The notes beneath the pieces were generated by a model, which worked only from the letters and a program-made list of their open reading frames with translations, did not search any database and had not been told where the DNA came from. A stretch of 64,000 nucleotides of DNA from Macrostomum lignano (Eukaryota): the NCBI GenBank assembly GCA_002269645.1, contig NIVC01000846.1, positions 62,001 to 126,000 of the forward strand, in the 5' to 3' direction. Position numbers and translations under genes: made by a program. Shown piece after piece: positions 39,485-53,054 of the stretch (the stretch's first letter is position 1; each line of letters begins with the position of its first letter).

Positions 39485-40214
39485 AAAAAGGAATAATTTG
39501 TGTAATTGAAGAAATTACTTAGAAAATGAAAATAACCCTGCCGGTTGCAGAGAGGCCGACGGGTCACCTTTGAGATTTTCTGAGATTGAGAAACCGAACA
39601 GGAAGCAGCAGGGCCCAGCAAATCAGCCGCTAAAGTCTCTTTTGCAGAAGAAATCATTGGCTAGATTAAGGATGAAAATAAAAATCATCAGACCCTCAAC
39701 ATGGGCTGCGGCCGGAGGGGTAGGGAAGGACGGAGTGCGGTGTCAGTGCAGCTGGGGATTTTGGGGAAGCTTCCTCCTCCCCCGGATGAAGGCTTAAATG
39801 GTTGCTAACAGCCCCGGCTGATTACCCTGGCTAGCAACAATCTGCTAATGACACGAAGGCCTCTCTAATTTCTCTGCTTTTGCTTTTCCACCGAGCAAGG
39901 AGCTGAAATATGACTTGGAGTTTTCGGGAAAAAACACACACACACGAAAGCAATCATGGTCTCCCGTGTATGCTTTTCCTGTCAGCTTTGAGGAAATCAA
40001 GTTTAATATCTTGCAACCGATGCCTTTTAATTGGACCGGCAAAGCAGTCTGTAAGCGTAATTACTTCTCCGATCCTCCTGCGTTGAAGGCAACACGGGGT
40101 ACGAGATAATAAGTGACTCAAAATAGTCATTTGCTAATTCACTCATCACTGAAATAATTGACAGTCAAAATAAATTGTGTCACAAAAGAATCAACACAAA
40201 GTTGCCACAAAAAT

Positions 40215-41215
40215 ATGTGTAACAATATCCACAACAATATCCACAAGGATATCCATAAGGGTACCCACAAGAATATCAACAACAATATCCACAACAATAT
40301 CCACAACAATATCCACAACAATATCCACAACAATATCCACAAGAGTATCCACAACAATATCCACGACATTCACAACAATATCCACAAAAATATCCGCAAC
40401 AATATCCACAACATTCAGAACAATATCCACAAAAATATCCGCAACAATATCCACAATATCCACAACAATATCCACAACAGTATCCGCAACAATATCCACA
40501 ACATTCATAACAATATCCACAACAACATTCACAACAATATCCACAAGAGTATCCACAACAATATTCACAACATTCACAACAATATCCACAAAAATATCCG
40601 CAACAATATCCACAACAATATCCACAAGAGTATTCACAACATTATCCACAACAACATTCACAACAAAATCCACAACATTCACAACAATATCCACAAGAGT
40701 ATCCACAACAATATCCACAACATTCACAACAATATCCACAACATTCACAACAATATCCACAACAATATCCAAAACAATATCCACAACAATATCCACAAAG
40801 ATATCCGCAACAATATCCACAACAACATTCTCAACAATATCCACAACATTCACAACAATATCCACAACATTCACAACAATATCCACAACATTCACAACAA
40901 TATCCACAACAATATCCACAAGAGTATCCACAACAATATCCACGACATTCACAACAATATCCACAAAAATATCCGCAACAATATCCACAACAATATCCAC
41001 AACAATATCCACAACAATATCCACAACTTCACAACAATATCCACAAGAGTATCCACAACAATATCCACAACAATATCCACAACAATATCCACAACTTCAC
41101 AACAATATCCACAAGAGTATCCACAACAATATCCACAACAATATCCACAACATTCACAACAATATCCACAAGAGTATCCACAACAATATCCACAACATTC
41201 ACAACAATATCCACA
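40215..41215. repeat. CACAACAATATC 12/9-bp minisatellite
   Basis: Direct reading. Confidence 0.95.
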
Positions 41216-41904
41216 GCGACAAGCCCAACTGTTAAAAGTGTCAAAACTAACAAAATAACAAATTAATTGGATTTTCTATCAACGATGGCATGCGGAGGTG
41301 GGCAGGGAAACTCGAATCTCTTTGTAAACTCAATCCCCAATAAATTTAATACAAAGAGAAAGAGATGAAGAGCCCTACAGAACCGATACAATGCACTCAG
41401 ACTAGCGGCTTCCGATCGGAGCAGTCCCGTCACGACATCCTAGGGATTTTCGAGCTGGTCCCAATCTCAAAAAGATAGTTTTTTGTATCGATGTGCATTT
41501 CCTCCCCTTTGCTTTGCTCGATTATCCAGATTCGATACGCGGCAGGGTGTGAAATACCTCGAGGGGGGAAGGCGATTCAACAAACCAGATCATATTGCCC
41601 TGATGCTATGCCGGCGCACACAACCAGCTCCCTTTTAACTCTAAACTTGTTAATCTGCGCCGGCTCTGATGTCTCTTAGCCGCGGTCACGCTATCTTTTG
41701 TTGGAGAAGTAGCTGGGTAGGTGGGTAGGTAGGTAGGACAACACAAAGAGTAGGAGCCCGCCGGTGTGGCAGTTGAACAGCGAGTGGGCAGGTTCGAGTG
41801 TGTCTCCGGTTTCTCACGCTCTCTCTCTCTCTTGAGCAGTCACTGTTTACAAAATCAAATGATGCTGTGCTGTTAGATTTTTGAGAGATGTTCCAACTGC
41901 ACTG

Positions 41905-42470
41905 GTGCCTAGATCTGAGTGATATTTGTGCCTAGATCTGAGTGATATTTGTGTCTAGATCTGAGTGATATTTGTGTCTAGATCTGAGTGATATTTGTGC
42001 CTAGATCTGAGTGATATTTGTACCTAGATCTGAGTGATATTTGTACCTAGATCTGAGTGATATTTGTACCTAGATCTGAGTGATATTTGTGCCTAGATCT
42101 GAGTGATATTTGTGTCTAGATCTGAGTGATATTTGTGCCTAGATCTGAGTGATATTTGTACCTAGATCTGAGTGATATTTGTGTCTAGATCTGAGTGATA
42201 TTTGTGCCTAGATCTGAGTGATATTTGTGTCTAGATCTGAGTGATATTTGTGCCTAGAGCTGAGTGATATTTGTGTCTAGATCTGAGTGATATTTGTGCC
42301 TAGAGCTGAGTGATATTTGTGTCTAGATCTGAGTGATATTTGTGCCTAAATCTGAGTGGTATATGTGTCTAGATTTGAGTGATATTTGTGCCTAGAACTG
42401 AGTGATATTTGTGCCTAGATCTGAGCGATATTTGTGCCTAGATCCGAGCGATATTTATGTCTAGATGTGA
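41905..42470. repeat. 23-bp minisatellite (CTAGATCTGAGTGATATTTGTGC)
   Basis: About 24 copies. Confidence 0.95.
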
Positions 42471-43149
42471 ACTCAGGAGGTGATTAGTCATTGATTGAGA
42501 GCTATAAAGTGTTAAAAGTTGGTTCATTCAGATGTTAATGCCAAAATGCTGATTGTTGATCATGTTGAGTAAATCAACGATTGAGTACAAGTTGCAGTGG
42601 CTAATCCTGCTTGGAAACTGAACTGCCAACTGGTTTGCTGCACCCACCGGCCATCCCCACTGCAACCCGATACCCATGAGTTAAGTGTGTTCCACAATGG
42701 CTGGTAATGATGGGGGTTTTGGCCAAAAGTTTGCGCTAAACACAATACCCCACGATGGAAAAGCTTATTGGGAACAGAAGAATCAAAGAGGAGAGCCTAG
42801 GAAGGCAGACAGACAGGCAATTGAAGGATGCGCATCCAGACCCTTAAGCCTTTTTTCATCGTAATCGTCATCATCTACTAATCTTTCTTGTCTGCTGTGA
42901 CTACCGTGAACTCAATACCTTCTCTCTGCTCAATCGCTCAATGATGGCGCGTGCGCTTCTAAGAGGATTTTTATCCCATTCTCCCCCGAGGGGACGGTTG
43001 TCTGCTGCAGTTTCAGATTTTCCCCCCTGCAGCACGTGGCCAGCTTGCTTGAATTGCGACAAACCATTTTTTGAAGATTTTTGTTAGAAAACTTTTTTGC
43101 GATATTTTATGAAGATAATATTGAGTCTCTACAGTCGCCAGTCGCAAGA

Positions 43150-43660
43150 TCACAGTCGACACTGTCTCTAGATCACTATCTACACATTCTCTAGATCACT
43201 GTCTACACATTCTCTAAATCACAGTCTCTAGATCAATTACTCTAGATAACAGTCTTTAGATCTCAGTCTCTGGATCTCAGTGTCTAGTCTCTAGATCTCA
43301 GTGTCTAGTCTCTAGATCTCAGTGTCTAGTCCCTAGATCTCAGTGTCTAGTCTCTAGATCTCAGTGTCTAGTCTCTAGATCTCAGTGTCTAGTCTCTAAA
43401 ACTGTCTCTAGTCTTGACACTTAATTTCAAGTCTCTGGATTACAATCTTCACAGTCTTTAGATCTCAGTCTCTAGATCACAGTCTCTAGATGCCAGTGTC
43501 TAGTCTCTAGATCACAGTCGCTAGATCACAGTCTCTAGATGTCATTGTCTAGTCTCTAGATCAGTCTCTAGATGTCACTGTCTAGTCTCTAGATCACAGT
43601 CTTTAGATCACATGTCTAGTCTCTGGATTACAATCTAAACAGCCTCTAGATCTCAGTCTG
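43150..43660. repeat. Degenerate about 22-bp minisatellite (TCTCAGTGTCTAGTCTCTAGA-like)
   Basis: CTAG-rich tandem copies. Confidence 0.8.
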
Positions 43661-44699
43661 CAAAGTCCGTAGATCATCACACCATGATCAAGATTTTACG
43701 AGTATTTTTATTTAGCAAATTTACACATTTGAATGTCTAATAAATGAGCAATGAGCTGCTTGAAGGAGAGGAGACGCAATGATTTACAATTAATTGATCA
43801 AAAAAGTCAAACCGATTTCTAGTTAAATCTTCGCTGGTGGGCTGGACTAACCAAGTCATATAATTTTTCCCGTCTCACCGTCTCAGCTACTCCCAAGGTG
43901 CGGGGCTGGGAAGCTCCTTTCCAGTTCGAAACATTGACTAATTAAGAAGGTGAGCGGAGTGGAGACGAGGGGACAGTGAGATTAAGGCATTCAGAGATTG
44001 GTTTGTCGCGATGCAACTGAGAGCTCGATGATAAGCAGCAGGGACTGCCTTTTTTCCTCCCGGCCTCCTCCATCATCAGTCATGGGGGTGGGTTATAGGG
44101 GGGGGGATTAATGCCCTGCCCTGTTTGAGGCCTCATTAAGGCAAGATTTGCCGATTGTAAAAGCCAGGTAAAGACAGGCATTCTCGGCTTTCTACGCTCT
44201 TAATTACGTTGATTTAGCGGCCTTGTTAAGTAGGGACCCGAGAGCCGAGCATCAGTTCGAGCATCAGATGGCTTTTCAACGTGTGACGGTAATCACTGGA
44301 TAATTCGCACCTAAGCTAGTCTTCTTCCCAGCCTCTCATACAATCCTCTGAATCTTCATCAACCACCTGCGTGACCCGCTCGAAACTCGATTGATTCAGG
44401 TTGCTTCGGGGGCGGAAGCAGCGCAGAGAACGGAATTGATTCCTCCATCAAGGAGGGGGACACGCAGGCAGATCAGCTTACGAAGTTTCGTTATGTTTTG
44501 GCGTTAAATCGATTGCAAAAAAACAATCGAACTTGCGGGTGTTGAAACTGTCGAAGTCTCTTGCGAAAGTTATTGTGCTTTGTCGGCGCCTTCTTTTGAC
44601 GCTTGGTCTGGCTGGATTTTTCTATGATTGAGATTGGAATGAGACTAGCAACAGTGGGGAGAGATATTGATGCGACTTAGAATGAGAGAAGATAGAGAG

Positions 44700-44955
44700 G
44701 ATTAAAGAGAGGTGAGATAAAAGAGGAGAGGAGGGAGGAAAGGAAAGTAGAGGAAAGGAGAATAGAGCAAAGAAGGGTAGAAGAAAGGAGAGAAGAGGAG
44801 AGGAGAGGAGAGGAGAGGAGAGGAGAGGAGAGGAGAGGAGAGGAGAGGAGAGGAGAGGAGAGGGGAGGAGAGGAGAGGAGAGGGGAGGAGAGGAGAGGAG
44901 AGGAGAGGAGAGGAGAGGAGAGGAGAGGAGAGGAGAGGAGAGGAGAGGAGAGAGT
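44700..44955. repeat. (GAGGA)n microsatellite
   Basis: Direct reading. Confidence 0.95.
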
Positions 44956-45604
44956 TAATAAATTACAAAGCAAAAGCCAGACGCAGTAAGGAAAGCAAAA
45001 AAGGTGCAAAAAGCAATCTGTACCTACAGAGTTGAGCACAGTCGAGTTGATAATTAAAAATGATGAAGCACCCAGATAAGACAACAGTGGGGAATACCTC
45101 TGCCGGCTGCCTATCTCTCAAGCGATCTCTGCGCCGCTCCGCAGCCCGTCACCCTCCGGGCAATCAGATTTCAATTTTTCTGTTCCCTATTTTTAATTTC
45201 CCCAATTAATTCACCTCCTTTTATTGGCCGGCTTGAGCTGTCCAAGTGTGGCCAAGCGGGCGAGACAAAATGGGCTGACAGGAGACAGGAAGTCGCTTCT
45301 ATATCCGCAAGAGTCCCACCTACCCCCTCCCCTGACCAGGTAGATGATTTAGAACTCTGCAACACTAATTAAGGAGTTAGAATCTGCGACTGACTAAAGA
45401 GAGCCAATTTCCGAAGCCCGAGTAACATGATAGAACCGCTTTGTCAGTGATGAAAAAGTCTAGAAAGCATTGATCAAAGAATTTGGGATGCTGGCATAAA
45501 CGCGCACTTTTATAGCACAGAGTTTGGCATAGGGTGCAGCGGAACTCAAAACTCATTAAGCTGGACCAAAAGATTGACAAATCATGAAACAATATTTGGC
45601 ACTA

Positions 45605-45915
45605 ATGGCGCTTATACCAGTGCGCGACTGTGCGCTTATACCAGTGTGCGCTTATACCAGTGTGCGCTTATACCAGTGTGCGCTTATACCAGTGTGCGCT
45701 TATACCAGTGTGCGCTTAAACCAGTGTGCGCTTATACCAGTGCGCGCTTATACCAGTGTGCGCTTATATCAGTGCGCGCTTATACCAGTGTGCGCTTATA
45801 CCAGTGCGCCCAGTGTGCGACTGTGCGCTTATACTAGTGCGCGCTTATACCAGTGCGCCCAGTGTGCGACTGTGCGCTTATACTAGTGCGCGCTTATACC
45901 AGTGCGCGCTTATAC
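45605..45915. repeat. 16-bp minisatellite (GTGTGCGCTTATACCA)
   Basis: Direct reading. Confidence 0.92.
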
Positions 45916-46574
45916 CATTCTATATCTATCTGATAATCAATTAAATAATTTGTTATTTCAAAGGCTGAAAACGTAGTTATGGAACACAATATATAGTCGA
46001 CAAGTTTATATTTATGTTTGAGATCATATTTATATATATTAATATCATGGATACGCGCTTTCTCCGCTGTTAAACCAAAGCATGAAGTTGACTAAAGAAT
46101 GACGCAACAATATTAAGAGCTTAGAGAGGCATTTAGGAATGAAATTTTGTTTTAAACAATTTACATGTGTGTCAATTTGTCTGAACCGACCGAACGGCTT
46201 TTCCGAATGATATAATAAAAAAGTAAATACAAGAAGAGAAGCAAATACTAAAACATCGCATTTTTAATTCTCTCGTTGGTTCACAACAGTGACACAGGGG
46301 CGTTAGGCTATGCAGAGAGAAGCCATGAAAAGAACAAAACATAGTTTAAGTTAATTCAAGAAACTACAGAGTTAACGAATAATATTAAGCAAAAATGTTT
46401 ATTAAAAAAGTTTTTAAAGTTTAAGCCAGACAGCGCTGAGAGTGGTTGGATCAATGTATGCGTGCTATGACTGTGTCAGTAATATATAGGTGTGTATCAA
46501 CTTTTGTGTGCATATACTATATGCATGTACCAATATGCATTCAATATTATTCTTCTGATCAGCATGAACTGGTG

Positions 46575-46930
46575 TGTATGCTACTGGGGTAGGGGTTCAG
46601 AGTGTTGGGGTGGGTGCTATCGGGGCAGGGGTAGGGGGGTTCAGAGTGTTAGGGTGGGTGCTATCGGGGCAGGGGTAGGGGTTCAGAGTGTTGGGGTGCG
46701 TGCTATCGGGGGCAGGGGTAGGGGGGTTCAGAGTGTTGGGGTGGGTGCTATCGGGGCAGGGGTAGGGGTTCAGAGTGTTGGGGTGCGTGCTATCGGGGGC
46801 AGGGGGTGGGGTTCAGAGTATTGGGGTGGGTGCTATCGGGGGCATGGGGTAGGGGTTCAGGGTTTTGGGGTGCGTGCTATCGGGGCAGGGGTAGGGGTTC
46901 AGAGTATTGGGGTGGGTGCTATCGGGGCAG
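46575..46930. repeat. G-rich about 42-45-bp minisatellite just 3' of the Hmx stop codon
   Basis: About 8 copies of GGGGTAGGGGTTCAGAGTGTTGGGGTGGGTGCTATCGGGGCA. Confidence 0.9.
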
Positions 46931-47001
46931 GCATTCAGAGAGCTGTAGCGAGCAAGCGATAAGCTCCAAGTCAAAGGGCGCCCCGGCCAACAGTCACGCA
47001 G

Positions 47002-47948
47002 TCAAACCATGCCGGGAAGTCCGCCAGGCCGCATTGGCGAGCTGAAGCCGGGGGCGCTCAGGTAGAGCGGATTGGGGAACGGGCCCGAGAACGTCGGGCC
47101 GGACGCCGAGGCAAACGTTGTTGCCGCCTTAGTGGCGGAGGCACCGCCGTTGCCTCCGCTGCTGACACCGCCGCTGCCGCCGTTGCCAACGCCGCCGCTG
47201 CCGCTGGCGACACCTTCACCGGAGCCGGCGTTACCAGCGGCGCTGCCAGCGTTGGATTCTGCATCTGAAGCGTTGGGACTCTGCGGTTTCTGGTCGTGGT
47301 ACAGGATGGGCACGCGGACCATGCGGTTGGCCGCCACCAGGTTCGCCGCCGCCAAGTTGGCCGCTTCGATCTCCGCGGCCAGCTGCCGTTTCCACTTGTT
47401 GCGCCGGTTTTGAAACCAAATTTTCACCTGAGTCTCCGTCAGCTGCAGCGCGTGGGCCAGGCCGGCCCGCTCGGAGCTGGACAGATAGCGCTTCATGTCG
47501 AATGTGGACTCGAGCTGGAACACCTGCGACCGGGAGAACACCGTCCGGGTCTTCTTCTTCCGCTTCAGCGACGCCAGGCCGGAGGCCGTTGAGCCGTCCC
47601 GACAGTCGGCGGCGTCGTCGTCTTTTGAGTCGTCGAGGCCGCCGCTGCCGCCGCCGCCGCCGACGTCATCGTCCAGCATCGCGGACGCCGCAGCGGCATC
47701 CTCATCGTCGACATGATCGCCTCCGGGCCCAATGGGGTCGCTCACGTCCGACGCATCGGTCGCCGGCTCCCCCGCCGTCGCTCCGACACCGTCCAAGGCG
47801 TCGTTTGCGTCCGTGGCAGCGGCGGCGGCGACGGCGCTGGTCGAACGACGCGACTTTGCCGACGACCCGTGGTGGCCAGCTGGGGGCCGGTAGCCAGTGG
47901 TGAGCGGGTTCTGCTGCTGCTGCTGCTGCTGTTGTTGTTGCGGCTGAC
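47002..47948 (-). CDS. Hmx: Hmx/NK5 homeobox protein, exon 2 (homeodomain)
   Basis: [70 protein letters not shown] plus [10 protein letters not shown], both diagnostic of Hmx; acceptor ccagcag| at 47949 (phase 1), frame open upstream of the tracked ORF. Confidence 0.96.
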
Positions 47949-48007
47949 CTGCTGGTTAAAATTTAGACAATTTTTCTCTCTTTCACTATCGCTTTCAGCT
48001 TGTAAGA

Positions 48008-49210
48008 GATGGATAGAGATGGATAAAAGATGGATAGAGATGGATAAAAGATGGATAGAGATGGATAAAAGATGGATAGAGATGGATAGGAGATGGATAG
48101 AGATGGATAGGAGATGGATAGAGATGGATAGGAGATGGATAGAGATGGATAAAAGATGGATAGAGATGGATAGGAGATGGATAGAGTTGGGTAGGAGATG
48201 GATAGAGATGGATAGAGATGGATAAAGACAGATGACAGATGGATAGAGACAGATGAGAGATGGATAGAGACAGATGAGAGATGGATAGAGACCGATGACA
48301 GATGGATAGAGACAGATGAGAGATGGATAGAGACAGATGAGAGATGGATAGAGACAGATAAAAGATGGATAGAGACAGATGACAGATGGATAGAGACCGA
48401 TGACAGATGGATAGAGACAGATGAGAGATGGATAGACACAGATGAAAGATGGATAGAGACAGATGAGAGATGGATAGAGACAGATGAGAGAAGGATAGAG
48501 ACAGATGACAGATGGATAGAGACATGACAGAAGGATAGAGACAGATGAGAGATGGATAGAGACAGATGAGAGATGGATAGAGACAGATGAGAGATGGATA
48601 GAGACAGATGAGAGATGGATAGAGACAGATGACAGATGGATAGAGACAGATGAGAGATGGATAGAGACAGATGACAGATGGATAGAGACCGATGACAGAT
48701 GGATAGAGACCGATGACAGATGGATAGAGACAGATGAGAGATGGATAGACACAGATGAAAGATGGATAGAGACAGATGAGAGATGGATAGAGACAGATGA
48801 GAGAAGGATAGAGACAGATGACAGATGGATAGAGACATGACAGAAGGATAGAGACAGATGAGAGATGGATAGAGACAGATGAGAGATGGATAGAGACAGA
48901 TGACAGATGGATAGAGACAGATGACAGATGGATAGAGACCGATGACAGATGGATAGAGACAGATGAGAGATGGATAGACACAGATGAAAGATGGATAGAG
49001 ACAGATGAGAGATGGATAGAGACAGATGAGAGAAGGATAGAGACAGATGACAGATGGATAGAGACATGACAGAAGGATAGAGACAGATGAGAGATGGATA
49101 GAGACAGATGAGAGATGGATAGAGACAGATGAGAGATGGATAGAGACAGATGAGAGATGGATAGAGAAAGATGAGAGATGGATAGAGACAGATGAGAGAA
49201 GGATAGAGAT
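48008..49210. repeat. 10/11- and 21-bp purine-rich minisatellite (GATGGATAGAGACAGATGAGA) in the Hmx intron
   Basis: Direct reading; about 300-bp higher-order blocks. Confidence 0.95.
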
Positions 49211-50352
49211 GTACAGAACTGGAAAAGGATGACAAGAAGTGATTGGAAGTAAATTTAAGCAAGAGCGCCAGAGTCTGCACAGTTTACACATCGCAGCTAA
49301 GTTTAACAAAACTAATAAAAATGGACATACATTAAGGAACCAAATTTTTAATGGTTTTGTATTACAAATTTACAATTGCAACCTGACAAGATCTTCGTGC
49401 TTAATTTTACAAGACTGGGACTACCAAGCCCCTCTGTCTGTCATTCAAGATTTTTAATTGACGGTGGCGGACCTGGGCGGAGCTTGCTTAGAACTGTGAT
49501 TAGCCACTTTTTTGACAGCCCCCCCCCAGGTGAGAATCGAGAGGTGAGACTTAAGAGAGACAGACTTCGGAAGCGAAACAAAATTTATGTCGGCTCAAAT
49601 TAACAACTTTGACTCTTAGAGAGAATTAAGCTTCCGGTGAATGGCTGCTCAAGCCCTGCTCCAAAACACGAACTGAGAGTCTGAGACAGATTCTAATCTC
49701 TTAGATCACTCGCTCTTTGTGTGTAGAGAGTCTTTGTGCTCAATGTACAGAAGTTTGAGTTTATGAAAACTCAATTATTGAGACAGGAGGGCAATTCGAA
49801 TCACGCAAACTTCGAGCCAGTTGGGGGTGTGTTTTTTCATATAACCACTGCTCATTTTGGTAATCGTGCTCAATTCCAGGCGTCTTTCAATTAGTTGAAA
49901 AAAAATACAGGAAAAGAGAAGACACGAATCGAAAAAAAATTGAAAACACACGAACCTAACTTTTTTCCCTGCAATATTCGGTTATAGCAGTGTTTCATTG
50001 CTGTTTATGGTTGCCTCTATTAACAGTTTATGCCTACTTGACAGTTTCCTAAAACTATAATTTATCCCTCGAGGCGATTTCAAGCATAATTGAATCATTC
50101 TATTATTCCCCAGCGCCAGTCTACCCCGCCCCCAGGGCGGTGCAGTTGATGAAGTCAACTGCAGCCACTTCGCAGCTCAGCCGAACAACTCCACTGACAG
50201 TTGTGCAGCAATGTGCTAATCGTCCCGCCCCCAAGGCAATCCTATAGCTAGCTCATTTCTTTCTTTCGCAAAGTCAAAAAAAGCAAAAATAATTAGAGAA
50301 TTTGCGCAACCGATTTCTTAGGGAAGGTGCAGGAATCGAGAATTTCACTAAC

Positions 50353-50817
50353 CGATTTTGCCGAGGCCGCTGCCGCTAACTGAGATCATCCCGCCGCCGC
50401 TGGAAGCTTCAGCAAAACAGTGGCGCAGGAAGGCAGCGGCTGCGGTGCTGTGCGGTGGTAGCTGCTCCTGCTGCTGCTGCTGCTGCTGCTGCATAGGCGG
50501 CGCAGGCAGCGATAGCTGGTGACCCTGCTGAACTGCCAGATGCTGCGGCTGCGGACCCGGGAACCAGCAGGGCTGGCAGAGAGCGGCGGCAGCGGCTGCT
50601 TTGGCCTGCATCTCCAAGTAGGCCTGGTGCAGCAGCGGATGTCCAGGCGGGAAGGCCAGCACAGGGAAGCTCTGGCTGCCGGCGGCCGCGGCGGCTGCAG
50701 CGGCGGCCAGACTGGCGGCCAGATGCGACCGGGGATCGCTCAGGTCCAGTGGCATGGAGACCGGCGAGGGAAGCCGCGGCTGCTGCTGCTGCGGCAGGGA
50801 CTGCGGTGCGTCTTCTT

Positions 50818-50848
<31 letters not shown>

Positions 50849-51073
50849 GTCCTCAACAGTCGACGAGTCTCTCGGCCGCTTGTTGGCCGGCATTCGGAGG
50901 ATGCTGCTGATGCTGAAGCCGCTGCGACTGTTGCTATGCTGTGGGGCGGCCCGTTTGCCGCCAAGTGAGGCTGAGCTCGGCTTCTGCTGCGGTGACTGAT
51001 GGTCGGGCAGCAGTCCAGCTGCATCCTGTTCCGCATTAGTCGCATCCGCCTGTTGCTGCTGAGTAGCTGCCAT
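50353..51073 (-). CDS. Hmx: Hmx/NK5 homeobox protein, exon 1
   Basis: ATG at 51073; eh1 motif FSISSIL; donor G|gttagt at 50352 (phase 1) fits exon 2; 555 aa in total. Confidence 0.88.
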
Positions 51074-51569
51074 TGAATTTGAACTTCTGTGCAAGCGAGT
51101 TGGCTGGCTGCCTTGCTGGTCCTGGCGGATCTCTCTCTCTAAGGCTTTCTGTTCGCTTTGCAACTTTTAAGCGACAATTTTTATTCTCCTTTCGTGGAGC
51201 CAACCCCCCCCCCCCCAACCCGCCCTCCTGCCTACTCACCTTGACGCAACAGTGGACTCCCCACCCCATGCTCAGGCTTCCCACCCCAGCCCCTGAGCCA
51301 GGCCGGCTGCCATTGGTCCAGAGAAGGGTGGCTGACGGCAATCTGACCCGGGTGGCGCTTCTCAGGATGCGCCGCTTCGGAGCGAATGAGCTGTGAGCTC
51401 CGAATTTCCCTGGTGGAGCTAAATTAAGCCGGTTTGATAAGCGGACAGACTTGGATTTGAAACGCTAATAGACATGCTTTGGAGAAAAGCAATCGGTCTC
51501 AGATTGCAGAATGCATCTGGGTTAGGCTTTTACGTACCAACAAAGCACTTCTTATTGATTTCCTCTCCC

Positions 51570-52505
51570 ATCTCCCTTATCTATTCCCTCTCTGATCTCT
51601 CCCATCTCCCATCTCCCTTATCTATTCCCTCTCTGATCTCTCCCATCTCCCATCTCCCTTATCTATTCCCTCTCTGATCTCTCCCATCTCCCATCTCCCT
51701 TATCTATTCCCTCTCTGATCTCTCCCATCTCCCATCTCCCTTATCTATTCCCTCTCTGATCTCTCCCATCTCCCATCTCCCTTATCTATTCCCTCTCTGA
51801 TCTCTCCCATCTCCCATCTCCCTTATCTATTCCCTCTCTGATCTCTCCCATCTCCCATCTCCCTTATCTATTCCCTCTCTAATCTCTCCCCTAGTCCATT
51901 ATCCTCTAATCTCTCCCCTAGTCCATTATCCTCTAATCTCTCCCCTCGTCCATTATCCTCTGATCTCTCCCCTCGTTTATTATCCTCTGATCTCCCCCCT
52001 CCCACTATCGACCTCTCCCCTCTCCCAATCCACCTCTCCCCTCTCCCACTATCCACCTCCCCCTCTCCCATTATCCACCTCCCCCTCTCCCACTATCCAC
52101 CTCCCCCTCTCCCATTATCCATCTCCCCCTCTCCCACTATCCATCTCTCCCTCTCCCACTATCCACCTCCCCCTCTCCCACTATCCACCTCCCCCTCTCC
52201 CATTATCCATCTCCCCCTCTCCCACTATCCATCTCTCCCTCTCCCACTATCCACCTCCCCCTCTCCCATTATCCACCTCCCCCTCTCCCACTATCCACCT
52301 CCCCCTCTCCCATTATCCATCTCCCCCTCTCCCACTATCCATCTCTCCCTCTCCCACTATCCACCTCCCCCTCTCCCACTATCCACCTCCCCCTCTCCCA
52401 CTATCCATCTCTCCCTCTCCCACTATCCACCTCCCCCTCTCCCACTATCCATCTCTCCCTCTCCCACTATCCACCTCCCCCTCTCCCACTATCCACCTCT
52501 CTCTA
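51570..52505. repeat. Pyrimidine-rich arrays: 41-bp unit (51570-51880) grading into 24-25-bp CTCCCACTATCCACCTCCCCCT-type units
   Basis: Direct reading. Confidence 0.9.
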
Positions 52506-53054
52506 AGCTCAATCCCTAGCCCCAAGCCAACCTACCTTTTCTCTCTCCCTGTCACAGCCATACTCAGAGCATTTCCAATAACCCCGAAAGCGCTTCATAA
52601 TTGAATTAGCTCACCTATAAGCCAGGTGCCTGTCGTGCCATAGCAAAAATTAACAAATTGTCAATTTGTAGCACAAGGTGATAAATTGGTGCCAATTAGC
52701 GACCCAACCAAAACTCTTACTAAAAATAGAAAACTCGTGGCATAATGCATTCTCACAATTAGGTGAGAATTTGTTGTGTTGAAATTGTTTTTTTTAAAAG
52801 CTTGAACAGAACAGGACTGGCTATGAAAATAGCAACAGGTCATTGTTGTTCACGAGGCCAAGTTGCTAGGTTAAGTTTATCTATTAGCGTAGTGCAAATT
52901 CAATTGAAAGCATAGAGATGATTAGGTGCTAGAGAACAATACAAAAAGCTTTAGTTATGCCTCATTTAGATTTGCTATTTAATGCTCAATGTTTATATAG
53001 TTTAGTGGGATACAATGGAAATGTAGGACTATTTGGTTGGGAATCTTAATTTTA

